From NCBI GenBank assembly GCA_965112155.1, contig OZ218107.1: DNA of 64,000 bases, one strand, 5' to 3'. A model generated the notes under the pieces. The model saw only the letters and a list, made by a program, of their open reading frames with translations, was not told the DNA's origin and made no database searches. The stretch comes from Podarcis liolepis. Its lineage: Eukaryota. How positions within the stretch are numbered: position 1 is the first letter of the stretch; each line of letters begins with the position of its first letter. Both the position numbers and the translations under genes were made by a program. Positions 13,605 to 26,869 of the stretch are shown in pieces.

Positions 13605-15454
13605 TAGCACCTGTGGTGGGGGACACAGCTCTCACCTGTGGCTCCTGGAAGATGGCAGCATGTGACAGCAGCTGCATCCCAGAAATGGCTTTGACTGGCT
13701 GGCTAAACCAGGTGAAGGGATCTATTGGGTCTCAAACTCTCAATGAGTTTCCCTGCATGAAAAGATGGGCTTGGTGGATTGAGTGGAGAGGACAAATAGT
13801 GGGTCAAATGATCAAGGAGGTGGTTACTGCATGTGCTGTAGAGGGAAAGAGGGGCAGGTGGGTCTTGTCATCCTGGGAAGATAGGCCATCTAGGAGAAGG
13901 AAAAGTCTGATCCTAAGCTTCCACTGCCTTGTGGGACTTTTTTTGGGAGAAGAAAAGGCTAAGAAATAAATCCTGCGCAAATCCAGAGTAGAGTTGCTAA
14001 GATGGTTGTATAACACCTTGTACACCTTCTTCCAGCAACTCCTGTAGCCAAGCTGGTGCCAAACATATTGCTCTTAATTTTTTTGGATCACATCCGTGAG
14101 GCCAAGAGGGAAGTCTTGTTGTCTCAGCAGCCCAGGACTGCTGTACACATTGCCCAGGCTTGCAACCTGGAGAGGTCACTTTGATGCTGCTAAAGCAGTA
14201 GTTTGGCGCACTCCATTGTCTTGTGAGACAGACAGGTGCCAACAATAAAACGCTTCAATACAATTTACATTTGGCTCAAGAAATCTAATTTTGTTCAGGC
14301 CAGTAAGACAATAGATTTGTAAAACATTTCTGATAATACTCTTGAGGTAATCACATTCTTTATGAAATGTGAGGGCAGAGCAAGAAACATCTGCTTTCTT
14401 TTTCTCTCTTAATTTCTGCAAGTTCCACATCACATAAGCTTGTTAAGTTATTGGCATGGAAAGGGAAATGCGAGGCAAATATTTAAACCTTGGTATTTTG
14501 CAGAGACCCTGATCACCTCATTAAATGCTTCCTTTAAAAATCCATTTTTTAAAATGCCCAGGTGGGTATTGATTCCGCTACATAACATGAATGTGATACT
14601 GTCTTCTTGACTGCCACATGCAATTTTATTCTAACATCTAGCAATGAGATGCCAAATGGAAACGATGATAAAATAATTACATTAAACTAGTCAGAACATG
14701 TAGAGTGAATTCAAGTCCCAGTCCTTTGATGCTGAGAGTCAACTCCTGTAGGCTTTAATGACAGCGCTACTAGGGATGCACTTAGACTCATAACTTGTTC
14801 GCGTTTATCATAAAAGTGTTCTGCTCTTCTAGCTGATGCAGTAGGTTTTAAACAGGCATTTCATTCTTTCACAAATGCTGCACTTAAGATGATAAATGAT
14901 AAATGGTAAAGGAAAACCATTTGACTATACAAGTAACATGAATAAAACCTGTATTGGGAGAAAGTAGGAATTAAATGTGAAATTGAATATGTGTGTACAT
15001 TCTCATGGTATCTATAAGTATCCTGAATAATTTGATCTTCCTGAATTCCAATATGATATTCACTTCCTGAAATGATATGCAGACCAGAACATCAATAACC
15101 ATCAGATTTCCCACTTCTCTTAATGTGTTCTTAGCTCTAAACATGTATCAAAATGTTTCAGAGAACTTGTATTCTGAGAGAAAATACAGTTCCCAAAATG
15201 TGTATTTTGAGAAGAAAAAACTATATATATTTAAATGTGTTTCTGAATACAATCCTTTTATAGGTTTTTTAAGTAACTCATTGCAGAAGTGAAACAGAAC
15301 AGATTTATGAGCAATAGTATGTGAAGGAGACATGGATGAAAAATAATACTGATTTGTTCTTCTTGTGTGTGTGTGTGTATCTATCTAGTGTATTGTCTAT
15401 ACCTGTCTGTCTAGACAGATGGATAGATAGATAGATAGAGCTGTATCTATTTGA

Positions 15455-15607
15455 GGAAGGGCTCCAGCTTAGTGGTGGAGCTCATTCTTGGCGTGCAGAA
15501 GGTCCCAATCCTCAGCATGTACTATTAGAACTGGGAGAGACCCCAAATCACTGGAGAATTGCTGTGAGTCAGCCTCAGCATTTCTGGGCTAGATGGACCA
15601 ATGGTCT
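15455..15607 (+). mobile_element. Degenerate tRNA-derived SINE (Squam3-like)
   Basis: A-box-like agcttagtgg, then gcagaaggtccca, then CR1-like ctagatggaccaatggtct. Confidence 0.55.
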
Positions 15608-17942
15608 ACACACACACCCTCAGTGAACACATTAAAAGGGCCCTTCTATATTATGTAGGGGGGGGGACCCAGGATCTAAATTGGGGTGGTTCACCACTGT
15701 AGGTAAAAGACTGATCCGGCCCCTGAGGCAAGAACCTATGGAACGGAGTGCCTCATACTCTAATTCACTATTTCAATAGCACAGGGAGCATATCAGGAAG
15801 AGGCCATGGAGTACAGGAGAAGTGCAAGTCTGCAGATTAGACAGCTGGCCCAGACCAGACTGGTTCTCTGAAAGTGTGTGGATCATATGAAAAGTAGATG
15901 GGAGGCAGAGGCCCCAAAGCCTTCAGTTAGCCTCTTATAGAGGGAAGTTGTTTACTGGAGCTATCCTTGGTGCTGAAACAACTGACCTGCCTTGAAACAT
16001 GGGACCAGAACGTTACACCCACCTTTCTTAGTCTACACATTTTCTCCCTTTTTCTAGAAGTGAAAGCACTTTTCTAAATCTCTCTTAATTTTTGATTAGC
16101 AAAAGAGCCAGTGAGTGTCAATTAATATGTGCTGGGAAAGAATCATTTCTCCTCTCAGCCCGGAACCGGACACAGTACTCCTGATGTTTAACCTAGGGAG
16201 AGTAGAGCAGGACTCTTACTTCCCTTGATCAGGACACTATACTTCTGTTGATGCATTACCTTTTCTTTATTCCTTTATTGTTTATTCATGTTAAGCTTGT
16301 GAAGGGCATATCAAATATTCATTCACACACACACAAAACATTTTGGACACTCTTTTCCATTATGCACATTGTACAAGCTCATAAGCATGTATTTTAACAT
16401 TGTTTCTGCAGCTCAGAAATAGACCTTTAAAAAAAGAAAAGAAACTGTCTTTTTTATGTATTGTATGTAATCATTGACCCATTCATCTTGTTTCTTAAAA
16501 TGATCTAAATAGGGTTTGGTAATTAGTATTAAACATGCTTGATGATAAAATTACAGCCCAATCACCCTTCGAAATAAAAATAGCATCTTCATCTAAAGTT
16601 AATTAGCAACAGACTTTACAAACAGTTAAGATAACAAGGAGCAAAAGAGAGGAAGATCAGGAACATAATGAGAAAATCATCTTCAGACACAAAGTACGGT
16701 ATTAAAAGGGGCCAACATGGTTACTTTAATTTTCAAGACAAGCCCAAAGTAATTAGATCACTAGTACATTAACTGCAAAATATTAATGAGAAAATGGGGT
16801 TTTCTGACCTCTGCTATGTATATGAACTGACAGGGAGTTGTACATGCACCTTTGATAGGAAGGGGGCATTCTGGTCATAAAGACCAGAGAAATGGCCAGT
16901 TTCCTATCTTCACCTTTGGTTTACACTACATCAATTCAGAAATAAAAGGATTTTATTGAAATTACTTCAGAATGAAATAAGTTTAATGGGGGAAAGGGAG
17001 GAGATTTCATTGGCCTCACATTCCTAAAAGTTACCGAGGTAGGTTGGACCCCACAGTATTAGCTGAAGAGAACATAAACAAGAAACCCCCCAAAATGACT
17101 TGGTGAAATGTTGGGCTCACAGTAAATAATGGAAATAACCCAATGTACTCTAAAAGGGTTTGTTGTTGTTTTCCAAATACATAGGTTTTGATAGTTTCAT
17201 TTGCCCGTTCATTTCGATAAGGCTAAAGTGCATTCCTGGTAGCTTCCTAAGTTAAATGCTATTTTTACTGCTACTAATACAACAACAACAACAACAACAA
17301 CAACAGGAGGGAGGTGAAGTACCACAAGACAACTGACCCTCCAATCTTTAAAAGGGTACACAGTCCACCCTTACTTTAAAGAAGTTTTGCAAATGTCCAC
17401 AGCAACCGTACTAGGTTAGGAAGGTTAAAATGCAAAATCTATTGAAAGAGTAGAAGTTTTAATGAGGATTTTCCTCTCAGTGTATCTTTAAAGAACTTCA
17501 TTCTGTAGAGCACATACTTAAAGACCTTGCTGATCAATTACTCTGCTTTGGGGAGTAGCTTTTGTTTAAAAACAATTTCATTAAACAAACAATACAAATG
17601 AGAAAAAGGACTGATAGTAACAATAAAAAACACGAATTCAGTATGAGAAGCTTTTGGTGATAAATCCTAAAGTAAAAAAAATCAAAAGTAAATAGAACAG
17701 AGTTAAAAGTTATCAGTGGGATGTAAAAAAAATATCTTACTTTAAACGGCAAAGGAAAGAAGAGGAAAAAATGTCTAGCCTGCTTACAGACATCACAGAC
17801 ATCTTATTTTGAAGGAAATTTGCCAGCTGTGTGGTTGCATTGTCATGTAGTAACTGAATAACCCCCCAAAAGAGGACAAGTAGGAAGGCAAGGAAAATAA
17901 TAAAAGACGATAAAAGGAAACAAAATGATGGGCAGTACATTT

Positions 17943-17992
<50 letters not shown>
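17943..17992. repeat. (AAC)n microsatellite
   Basis: Direct reading; a shorter run is at 17281-17305. Confidence 0.95.
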
Positions 17993-18143
17993 ATGGAAAA
18001 CAACTTCCAGGTCATTGCAGTTATATTCTACAAAAGTTGTGCAAGGTGTTCAGTCATATATTCTCAAGAGGCCAGTTCTATGAGTTCTCCTACTTGATTG
18101 TCAACATAAGATGGGGGCAAGGGGTTACAAACCCATAATACCA

Positions 18144-18156
18144 GTCGCTTAGCAAC
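18144..18156. promoter_or_regulatory. RFX X-box-like motif
   Basis: gtcgcttagcaac in repeat-free DNA that retains CpGs. Confidence 0.35.
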
Positions 18157-19583
18157 TAAAACGGCATTACATCAAATCTAAGCTGCATGCATCTTATTTA
18201 GGGCTCGCTGGACTGGAATGCAATTTATCGAGTGAACAAAGTTTCTATCCAAATACGATTTTGGTTTTAAACACAGTGTAAGGTAGTCTCTATGTGAGTA
18301 TATTGTATTCAGTTATGGGTTATCGGAGTTTTTAGGGGATAACCAGGCTGGGATAGTTGGGATAGCAGGCTTGTTGGTTTTTGAAAGTCTGATGTAGATT
18401 TTTCAATTTCGTTGTTCTGTATGGGACCATGACAATAAAAATAATTGTATTGTATCATAAAGGGGCATTCACAGACTGTGGTCAGTTTGAGGTTGATTCT
18501 TTGACGCCTTTCAAAAAACCCCAGAAACCTCCTGCAAATTACCTCAGAGTCCTAATAAATGTTTGTAAGAGAAGACTCAGCTTACCATGTCACCATCAAG
18601 GAAACCTAGTAGAATAGTATTTGTAGAAACAGAACCAATTCACTCACAGCAACAATTTGTTGTCCTAGTCTGAAATCAAGCATGGGAGAAATAACTGTAC
18701 TAAGTTTGTTTCTACTGCTTACAGAATATAGCATTGCCCCCGATTGTAGGGAATAAGTGGGGAGAAGAGATGTTGTCCTTGCATATTTCTTTGCTTATCC
18801 AGAGCCTCATATATGAAAAATGTCCTCACCATCTGTGCATTACCAGAAAGAAAGTCCTACAGCCCACACTGGGACATAGACTGGGCTGCATGCTGGTTAA
18901 AATCTTTACATTTTCTGATTAAATAAATCCCTCATTTGTATGCTAAGTGTTTTCTTTCCATTTTGGATTTCACATTTGTGAAACGAATCTTCATAAAAAC
19001 CGCATTTCTTGATTTTCCACACATTTATCTGTTTATTCACATGTGACTTTGACAATCTTGGTGCCCTTTCTTCCTGCCTAGACAATGTAATACAGGTGTA
19101 ATTTTTATCTTAACTCCTCAGACTCAAGATGTTGCTAAAATGTGCTTCCATCTATACATGACCTCTTAAATCTGATTATTTCTCTTTGTTGATACTGCTC
19201 TTACTCTGATTGTCTCTTTGGCAGTTTCATGTCTGAATTATTGAAATGTCTTCCCTATTGGTTTACACAATCCTCATTTCTGTTCTTCATTCAGTTGCTG
19301 CTTTTATATTCAGTATACATTTTGCGGGCTTCCTTTTTTGTATTTCTCAACCCTCTTACTTATACTTTCTTCTGTCTTTCTACATCCCTTCCCTTTTACT
19401 GAAAACTCCATTTTATATCTATTATTTCCACTCTCCTCATACATTTCTGTTGTTGTGACAACTAATGTATGAGATCCAAGATGATGTAGAATTCTTTTTT
19501 CTCAACTTTCATGTTGTTTCATCTATCTTCACTTTCAAAAACTCCTTGGGAATATTTCTCATTTTAAAAAATTGAACACCTTC

Positions 19584-20070
19584 TGTCAGGGACCGTGCTG
19601 AGGAGGGCTCACTGAGGAAGAATGGTGGGAGCCGCCCCCTTCTCCTGATCCCGAATCTTCTCAGGAGCAGGAGGACAGTATAGATTTGGAACAGTGGTTT
19701 GCAGAGGGGCGTAGTTCAGAAGGCAGAAGCTGGGAAATACTGGGTGGGGAACAGTAAAAGAGAGAGGGTTAGCATTCACAGTCTCTGGACAGCATTCACC
19801 CCCTTCCCCAAAGACCCGGAGAACTCAGAGAGTGTTAGAACAGAAAGCGCAGAGGGTACAAGCTCAGATTACAAGACGTGGGAGTGATTTAGTTTAATAG
19901 GAACAGAGGGGGGAGGGGACTTAATTGGGAACATTGCCATTTCTAGGAGGTGTGTTCTTTGTTCTCTTGCTGTGATTATTAAAGTTTCTAACTGGTAAGA
20001 AGACTTATTTTCATTTGTTCTGCTTATCTACTGCCACAGGGGGACGAAGCCAATTCCCTGAAGCCTGAAA
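19584..20070 (+). mobile_element. Solo LTR (Gypsy-like)
   Basis: Starts TGTCAGG and ends CCTGAAA (inverted terminus with one change); 5-bp TSD ccttc at 19579-83 and 20071-75; ATTAAA near 19978. Confidence 0.8.
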
Positions 20071-20194
20071 CCTTCCCCCAACCTCTCCTATTTCCATTTC
20101 CCCCTCCCCTCTGATATATTTTATCTATTTTACTTCTATATACTATGCCTGACTTCTGGTGTTACACAGTGCTCTCCAATACCTAACCATCAGC

Positions 20195-20435
20195 TTAAGG
20201 AGAGCCTGGTATATCAGGCCAGTGACCCATCTAGTCCAGCATCTTGTTTTGCAGTGCCTGGGGGAAATACTGAGGTAGGACCCAAGCACAAAAATCCATC
20301 TTGTGGATTTCCGAAACCAGTATTCAGAAGCATAATGGCCTCTTACCCTGGAGGCAGAGCCATTATGGTTAATAGCCATTGATAGCCTTAGTTTCCATGG
20401 ATTGGTCCAATCCTCTTTTGAAATCCATCCAGGTT
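20195..20435 (-). mobile_element. CR1-like LINE 3' end relic
   Basis: agagcctgg..tcaggcc..cccatctagtccagcatc, the reverse of the CR1-type 3' end also seen at 27480-27530 and 29810-29885. Confidence 0.6.
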
Positions 20436-23230
20436 GATGGGTGTTGTTGATGATCAACTGATTGCTGAGACTTGTGAAGTCCTGTGCACAATGAACTTTA
20501 CAGGTGCTGCCTATCCGCTGCAAACCCTCCTTTGGCGGAGCCAGGTGTTTAACTGCCTTACCCCTGACATCCCAAAAGAGCCTTGTGGGTCAAAGGAGGG
20601 GGCCTGGGGAGACTAATTATTAGACCCACAGCTGGAGATGCCCCACTGCTTGCAGAGAACATAACCCTCCATAGTTGAGGCGCCATGTGTGGACATTACT
20701 CAAGCTTATCTTGGCAAAACGAAAGCAGGGATTCTCAAAGAGAATTGGATCAATGGCTGTACTCTTTCAGTGCAATCCTATACATATCTGCTCAGAAGTA
20801 AACCCCCTTGAGTAAAATGGGGCTGATTTCTATATAAGTGTGTATACAGTTACAGCCTCTTCCTTTGTCAGACAGCAAACCTTTGTTGCTATGGAATGAG
20901 GGTGAAAGTAATGGTCTGCCATGCTGGGATACTGCAGAGCATCACTTCCAAAGAGAAAGTAACATAGATGCTGCTGAAGTAATATGAACAACAAATGCTT
21001 GTTGTTGTTGTCAAAAGTACCTGTGGTATCCTCATTCAGTAATGGATGCTGGCAAAAATCATATTGCTAAGTTATAATCACACTTCACGCCTACATCTTT
21101 GATAAAATTAGAAGGGAGACAAACAAAAGTTTTTGAACTGGAGAGACTTTCTTTTTGTTATAATGATTGAATTGCAATTGCCAATTTCATCCTGACAAGA
21201 CTGGCATTTTCAAGGCACTCTGAGTGATTACAGTGATGATGTTCCTCAAATCCAAAGTCAGTGGCAGTCACAAAGAGAAATGAGAATGTCCTCTGTTACC
21301 AGCCTTGATTTATACAGAATCAAAAGTAAATTGGTTATGAAAGTCAGTAATATATTAATGAAGATTAACAATAGAGCCCTGAGGATCCCGAGTAACTGAA
21401 CTGGAAACCTGAGAATGATTGATGCTGTGGTGGCAACAAAGGACCTGTTGAGAAATGATGGCTCCCCATGTTATTATGGAGAATCAGAAAGGTAGTGAAT
21501 CAAAGATGGAACTCAGGACTCTTAATGCCACTTCTTAGGATGAGTTGATCATGCTGATTGTAGCAGAGAGAACTTATTTCTTGGAAATGAAAAATACAAC
21601 TGCTCAGAAAGTCATAGGGATAATTCAAGTCTCCTGTTAATATCTGCTATTCTGTGTGGACCCAACATGCAGTGCTGATGCTTGGTAAATGACAAATCAG
21701 AAAGTTTGGGACTTCTGGGAGTATCATCTGCAGTGTCCCTGCCTGTGGTAGAGGCGTAGTAATGGAGGGCAGAGCCTTTTTGAGCTCCAGGACCTCAGAT
21801 GTACCAGATCTACACTGCACAATGCACAAGTTGTACACATTCTCCCTCCACCCCTTCATTCTTTTAGGGGGCCTTCTGCCAGACCTGCAAAGGAGTCTTG
21901 ACTGGCTTCAATTACTGGCAGCATCCAGAAGTCTTACTGATACCTACTCCTCTGGTCAAACACCTGCTGCTCACCAGCTCATGTCACATCCCTGTAGCCT
22001 TGATTGATAGAACCACAGCTCATGCCTACTGGCCCAAACACTCCCTGTGCTCAGTTGCTTGGGCAATTCAGATTCAGTTGCTTGGGCAATTAATTCAGAT
22101 TCCACCATCCTCTTGGCTGGACCTTTACGCAGCAGCTGCCTGCTGAACTCCTCCCCTCTCAAGCTGCTGCCTGGATACAAGTCATCAGGGACATATGACA
22201 TTCACCAGAGTGTTCTTAAAAGAACTCAGATGGGAAATTACTAAACTTTTAACAACAATATGTGACGTATTATTAAAACCAGCCTCCTGACAAGAGAACT
22301 GGAGGGTCAGAGATATAAAGTACCCTTCCCAGAGGAGATCCAGGGAATTATAGACTTGTGCATCTAAGTTCTTCTGCAAGTAAATTGGTGGCATTATTAA
22401 AGCTAGAATAGTTAAATGCATAATAAATCTTGCTGAAGACAAATCTATAGAGCTTCTGAAAAGGGAAGCTTTGATTCACTAAACTGTTAGAAATCTTGGA
22501 AAGCACATAAATAGGGCTAATCATATCCTGGACTCCTGAAAACCTTGTGACAATGTAACAGACCTGATGTCCTGTGATAAGAGGACAGGTCCTTCTATAG
22601 GTCAGTAACTAAATTAAAAAAAGAAAGAGAGGTTTAGGGTTGCTGGCAAAAGCGCTTTTAAAAAACCCTGCACTGTACAACGGCTGCATGTACCTCCAAC
22701 CAGCTGGAGAATAGGGAGATGCAGCCAAACTGGACACTCTGCAGAGAGGTACCAACTTGCACCAAAGATCGAGGGGGCCATCGTTGCATGTGTGACATCA
22801 CACACACAATGCAGAGCCTCACACATGTGACATCATGCGTGCAGCACACATCGTCTTGCATTTCAGGAGAAGTCAGGGGCAGAGCTGAACGCAGTGGCCG
22901 GTGGCTCCTCCTTTCTCACCCTTGGCCTTTGTCACTGGCCAGGAGGAGGAGCCAGTGGTGGCCCTCACTCTTGGCTTCCCACCGGCGGTGGCAGTGGAAT
23001 GTGCACCAAGGCCTCCCTCAGAGCTGGTAGGTGTGAAGAGCACAGCAGTTTGGGGCCAAGGAGGGGAAGGGAGATTGACATGGGTGCCAGGAGTGACAGC
23101 TGCGAAAGCCACCACTGTCCCCATCTGAAAAGTCAGATTGCCATTTAACATATCTAACAGGCGTAAGAGGAAGACAAGCTGTGATGGGTAACTTGGGATT
23201 CAGCTACATTAATCAAAATACAGTGTTGTA

Positions 23231-24595
23231 GAGAGGAGGGGGGAAAGGTTTGAACTGTATTTATCTGCAAAAAAAAAGAGGAAAAGGAAGCTAAAATCCA
23301 CCGCTCAAAACCTGGGAACGGTCTGCCTTGAGACAAGGAATGCCGCTCTGTGTAAAGCACTATCGGTAAACAGAGTATTTTAGACAGCTAACTCTGCAAG
23401 AGAGATACAGTGTTTCTGGACTTCTCCTGGTTTTAAAGTGCAATTGAAACTGTTGTTTTTTGTGTGAATTGGGGGATTCATAAGGACTATTTTTTCTTAA
23501 AGTTGCAAGTTTCGACTGTTACTGTGTCCCCCTAGAGGAGGTTTGATACTGCTACAATAACAACTGGGCTAGGGGAATTTTCCATCTCAAAACAAATTCT
23601 AACCGTGGGATTGACCTTAAGGATGTACAATCTGCTGTTGAAATGGAATACTCAGGATGAAACAGTGAAATCTGTTATGATTAAATGGGCACAAGATGTT
23701 GGACATAATATAATGATGGCTGACTGGGAACAGTTATGGACCACAGGTATGAAGTTTACGGCATGTAATGCCTTAAGAGAGAATATTATGAAAATGGTAT
23801 ACAGGTGGTACATGACCCCAGTCAAGCTTGCAAAAATCTATCATTTGCCCGATAACAAATGTTGGAAATGTAAAGAAACTGAAGGTACATTCTTTCACCT
23901 TTGGTGGACGTGCCCAAGGATTAAGGCTTTCTGGGAGATGATCTATAATGAATTGAAAAAAGTATTTAAATATACTTTCTTGAAGAAACCAGAGGCCTTT
24001 CTCCTGGGCATAGTCGGCCAATTGGTGCCAAAGAAGGATAGAACTTTTTTTATGTATGCTACAACAGCAGCAAGAATACTTATTGCAAAGTATTGGAAGA
24101 CACAAGATTTACCCACTCTGGAAGAATGGCAGATGAAGGTGATTGACTATATGGAACTGGCGGAAATGACTGGCAGAATCCGAGACCAGGGAGAAGAGTC
24201 GGTGGAAGAAGATTGGAAGAAATTTAAAGACTATTTACAGAAATATTGTAAAATTAATGAATGTTAGAATGATGTTGGATAGAAACTAAGTGGTTTTAGC
24301 TGCAATACTATAAGGGAATATGAAAAATGGATTACTAATAGGTAAAGATTTAATGTTAGAATATTTTAAGATTAAAGATTAGGATAAACAAAGAGGGGAA
24401 GGATTTGCTGAACCAACAAACTGAATTGGAATACAAAAAAGGGAGGCGTGAGGAGGTCCGGGAAACAAGCTAATGAAAAATAAGTAATGGAAAGATTGAG
24501 TTGTTTTTAATTACTTTTATTTTGTATTTTTCTTTTTTTCTTTTTCTTTTGTAATATTTTGAAAATCTTAATAAATATCTTATATATATATAAAA
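23231..24595 (+). mobile_element. L1-clade LINE: about 390-bp non-ORF2 leader, ORF2 C-terminus, 3'UTR and A-rich tail
   Basis: 16-bp TSD aaaatacagtgttgta at 23215-23230 and 24596-24611; AATAAA near 24570. Confidence 0.9.
23623..24267 (+). CDS. L1 ORF2 C-terminal domain with CCHC zinc knuckle (retrotransposon remnant, 214 aa from the ATG)
   Basis: Uninterrupted frame containing CWKC-x8-H-x4-C, YRWYMTP and FMYATTAAR; no EN or RT domain. Confidence 0.8.
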   Translation: MYNLLLKWNTQDETVKSVMIKWAQDVGHNIMMADWEQLWTTGMKFTACNALRENIMKMVYRWYMTPVKLAKIYHLPDNKCWKCKETEGTFFHLWWTCPRIKAFWEMIYNELKKVFKYTFLKKPEAFLLGIVGQLVPKKDRTFFMYATTAARILIAKYWKTQDLPTLEEWQMKVIDYMELAEMTGRIRDQGEESVEEDWKKFKDYLQKYCKINEC

Positions 24596-24627
24596 AAAAT
24601 ACAGTGTTGTAAATGTGTTATAACACT

Positions 24628-24646
24628 GTGACACCAGATGGCGCTG
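24628..24646 (+). promoter_or_regulatory. CTCF binding motif
   Basis: gtgacaccagatggcgctg matches the core CCASYAGRKGGCRS at all but the first position; CpG retained. Confidence 0.6.
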
Positions 24647-25296
24647 TAGAGCTGAAATCACAACCTAGTGATATTTTCAATTGTGAGCTTTAAAAAAAAA
24701 TAATTAAAAATCACAGAGCATTTTCAAAGCGTTCTTTATAGCTGTGTAGATCTAGCTTTGGTATTGGCAGGAAGGACGAGGAACCAGAATTGAGGACTCT
24801 GCAAATGTTCTTGCCTAACATGCGGCCTCAGGGTTAAATCTTTGAAGACTATCCCGACACCTCTGGTGAGGCACTCCATAATTTTCCTTTGTTCCCATGT
24901 AAATAATCTCTATTTAAATGAGATAACTTCCTCTCCTTTTCTTCCTTTCTCTGGAGGCGTTTCAAAATTTGACCTCGGATAATATATTCAGTATTTTCCT
25001 TTTATTGTTTCTCTATACGCATGCCAACTTCTTCTTTTTCCTGGAAAGCAGTTTGGGAACTTCTGCTAATAAAGCGGGGGGGGGGGGAATAGCAATTCAG
25101 CGTAAGGAGTTGACCTAGCAACTTGCTTCAGTTCTAATGACCAAAAGAGGTCAAGGGCCTCCTTTCTACACCGCAGCATTGTCTCCTGTAATTATCCTGT
25201 TACACAGGTTTAACTCATCAGCTTACTTTCCATGAAGGATCGAGTCATCTACTCGCAAGCACAGTGCTCACCAGCGAATATAGGGCTGTGTCTTTA

Positions 25297-25866
25297 TTTT
25301 ATTTTTTTAAAATGATATTTATTGTGGTTTTACAAACAGTAAAAGATTACAGAATTTAGACATATAGAATAAGAACAAAAAATAACCGTAATAAAAAAGA
25401 TACAAAGATACAAAAACAAAATACATAAACAGCAATAGGTAAAAAGTAAAAAGCAGTTAAAAAGAAAGAAAAAAAGATCAATATTTTCATATCTTATATT
25501 CCATTTACTTGTTCCCTGACCTCCTCTCACCTCCCTTTTTTGTATTCCAGTTCACATAGTTAATTCAGCAAATCCTTACCCTCTATCATTTATCTTTACT
25601 CAATATCTTAACCTGTTATAAATATGCATTTTCAACCATTATTAATCTGTAATTACATATTCTTATTGATCTTTTTACCAATACCACTTATTTTCAATCC
25701 AACATCCCTTTAACATTCATTAATTTTACAGTATTTCTGCAAGTAGTCTTTAAATTTTTTCCAGTCTTCTTCCACCACCTCTTCTCCCTGATCTCGGATT
25801 CTGCCAGTCATTTCTGCCAATTCCATGTAGTCCATCACCTTCATCTGCCATTCTTCCAGAGTGGGT
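25297..25866 (-). mobile_element. 5'-truncated L1-clade LINE, same family as 23231
   Basis: PTLEEWQMKVMDYMELAEMTGRIRDQGEE..KYCKINEC; 19-bp TSD atatagggctgtgtcttta at 25278-96 and 25867-85. Confidence 0.92.
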
Positions 25867-26028
25867 ATATAGGGCTGTGTCTTTAGTCCCTGTACACAGT
25901 TACCTGGAAACAAGTTGCACTGAACTCTGTGGGCAAATATTGAAATGTGCTGTAATTTCCCGCCCCCTCAGCTAAGACAGAAAGAAGCTTCATTCGGGAG
26001 AAGGCATCTGCCTGACTTCCAAGCACCC

Positions 26029-26029
<1 letters not shown>

Positions 26030-26081
<52 letters not shown>

Positions 26082-26082
26082 T
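26030..26082. repeat. (AAT)n microsatellite
   Basis: Direct reading. Confidence 0.95.
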
Positions 26083-26869
26083 TTATAGCTGTTTTTGTTG
26101 CATGTGCATCCAGTTCCTCCCTTTCTACCAAATGATGCTCAAAGCAGCAAACACCAGTAGAATTTGAACTAAAGCAAGAATCGAAACGTAAGAAACAGAC
26201 AAATCATCAATAAAATAAAAACGTATATAAAAAACACAGGCACTTGAACAAACGGAAACATTTACTGTAACAATAAAAAGTAAGTGAAAGAGGTCTAAGG
26301 GCTGTCTGAATAAAAATGTATTTGCATGCTGGCAGAAGGTCATTAGAGAAGAAAGTAGATGGGCTTCCTTTGGCAACAGTTTGCAGAGCCTGTGAGGCCC
26401 TGTTCACCACACACAACATAAACCTTCAGAGTAGTCGATCCGAGATCTTAAGCTGCAGGTGTCATAGTGGAAGAGCACTATGCATGACATTAATGTTTAT
26501 TCATTATACATTGCACATTCAAAAATGATTAAAAACCTAGTTCTCGACAGTATTAGACTTCCAAGGCCCTAAAATCATGAACACTATGGAGAACATTTTC
26601 TTCATGTTGGATTTGTAGGTGCTTTTCTAATATGAGTGATGAACCTGAATGATGAGTCATCTGCTTTAGGACAAGACTATATATTGCTCAACAACAACCT
26701 CAACGGTGTATTGCAATTGATGCTAAAAACGCAGTTTGAAAACTTTGATTGTTAGAGCTCAGATTTTTATTTATTGATTGAATATATTCAGGGTGAACAC
26801 AAGCTCCTCTTCCCAAGGTTAGCCTTGTGTACACTTCTGGCCATTTACCTCAAACATGAGATTGTAGAG

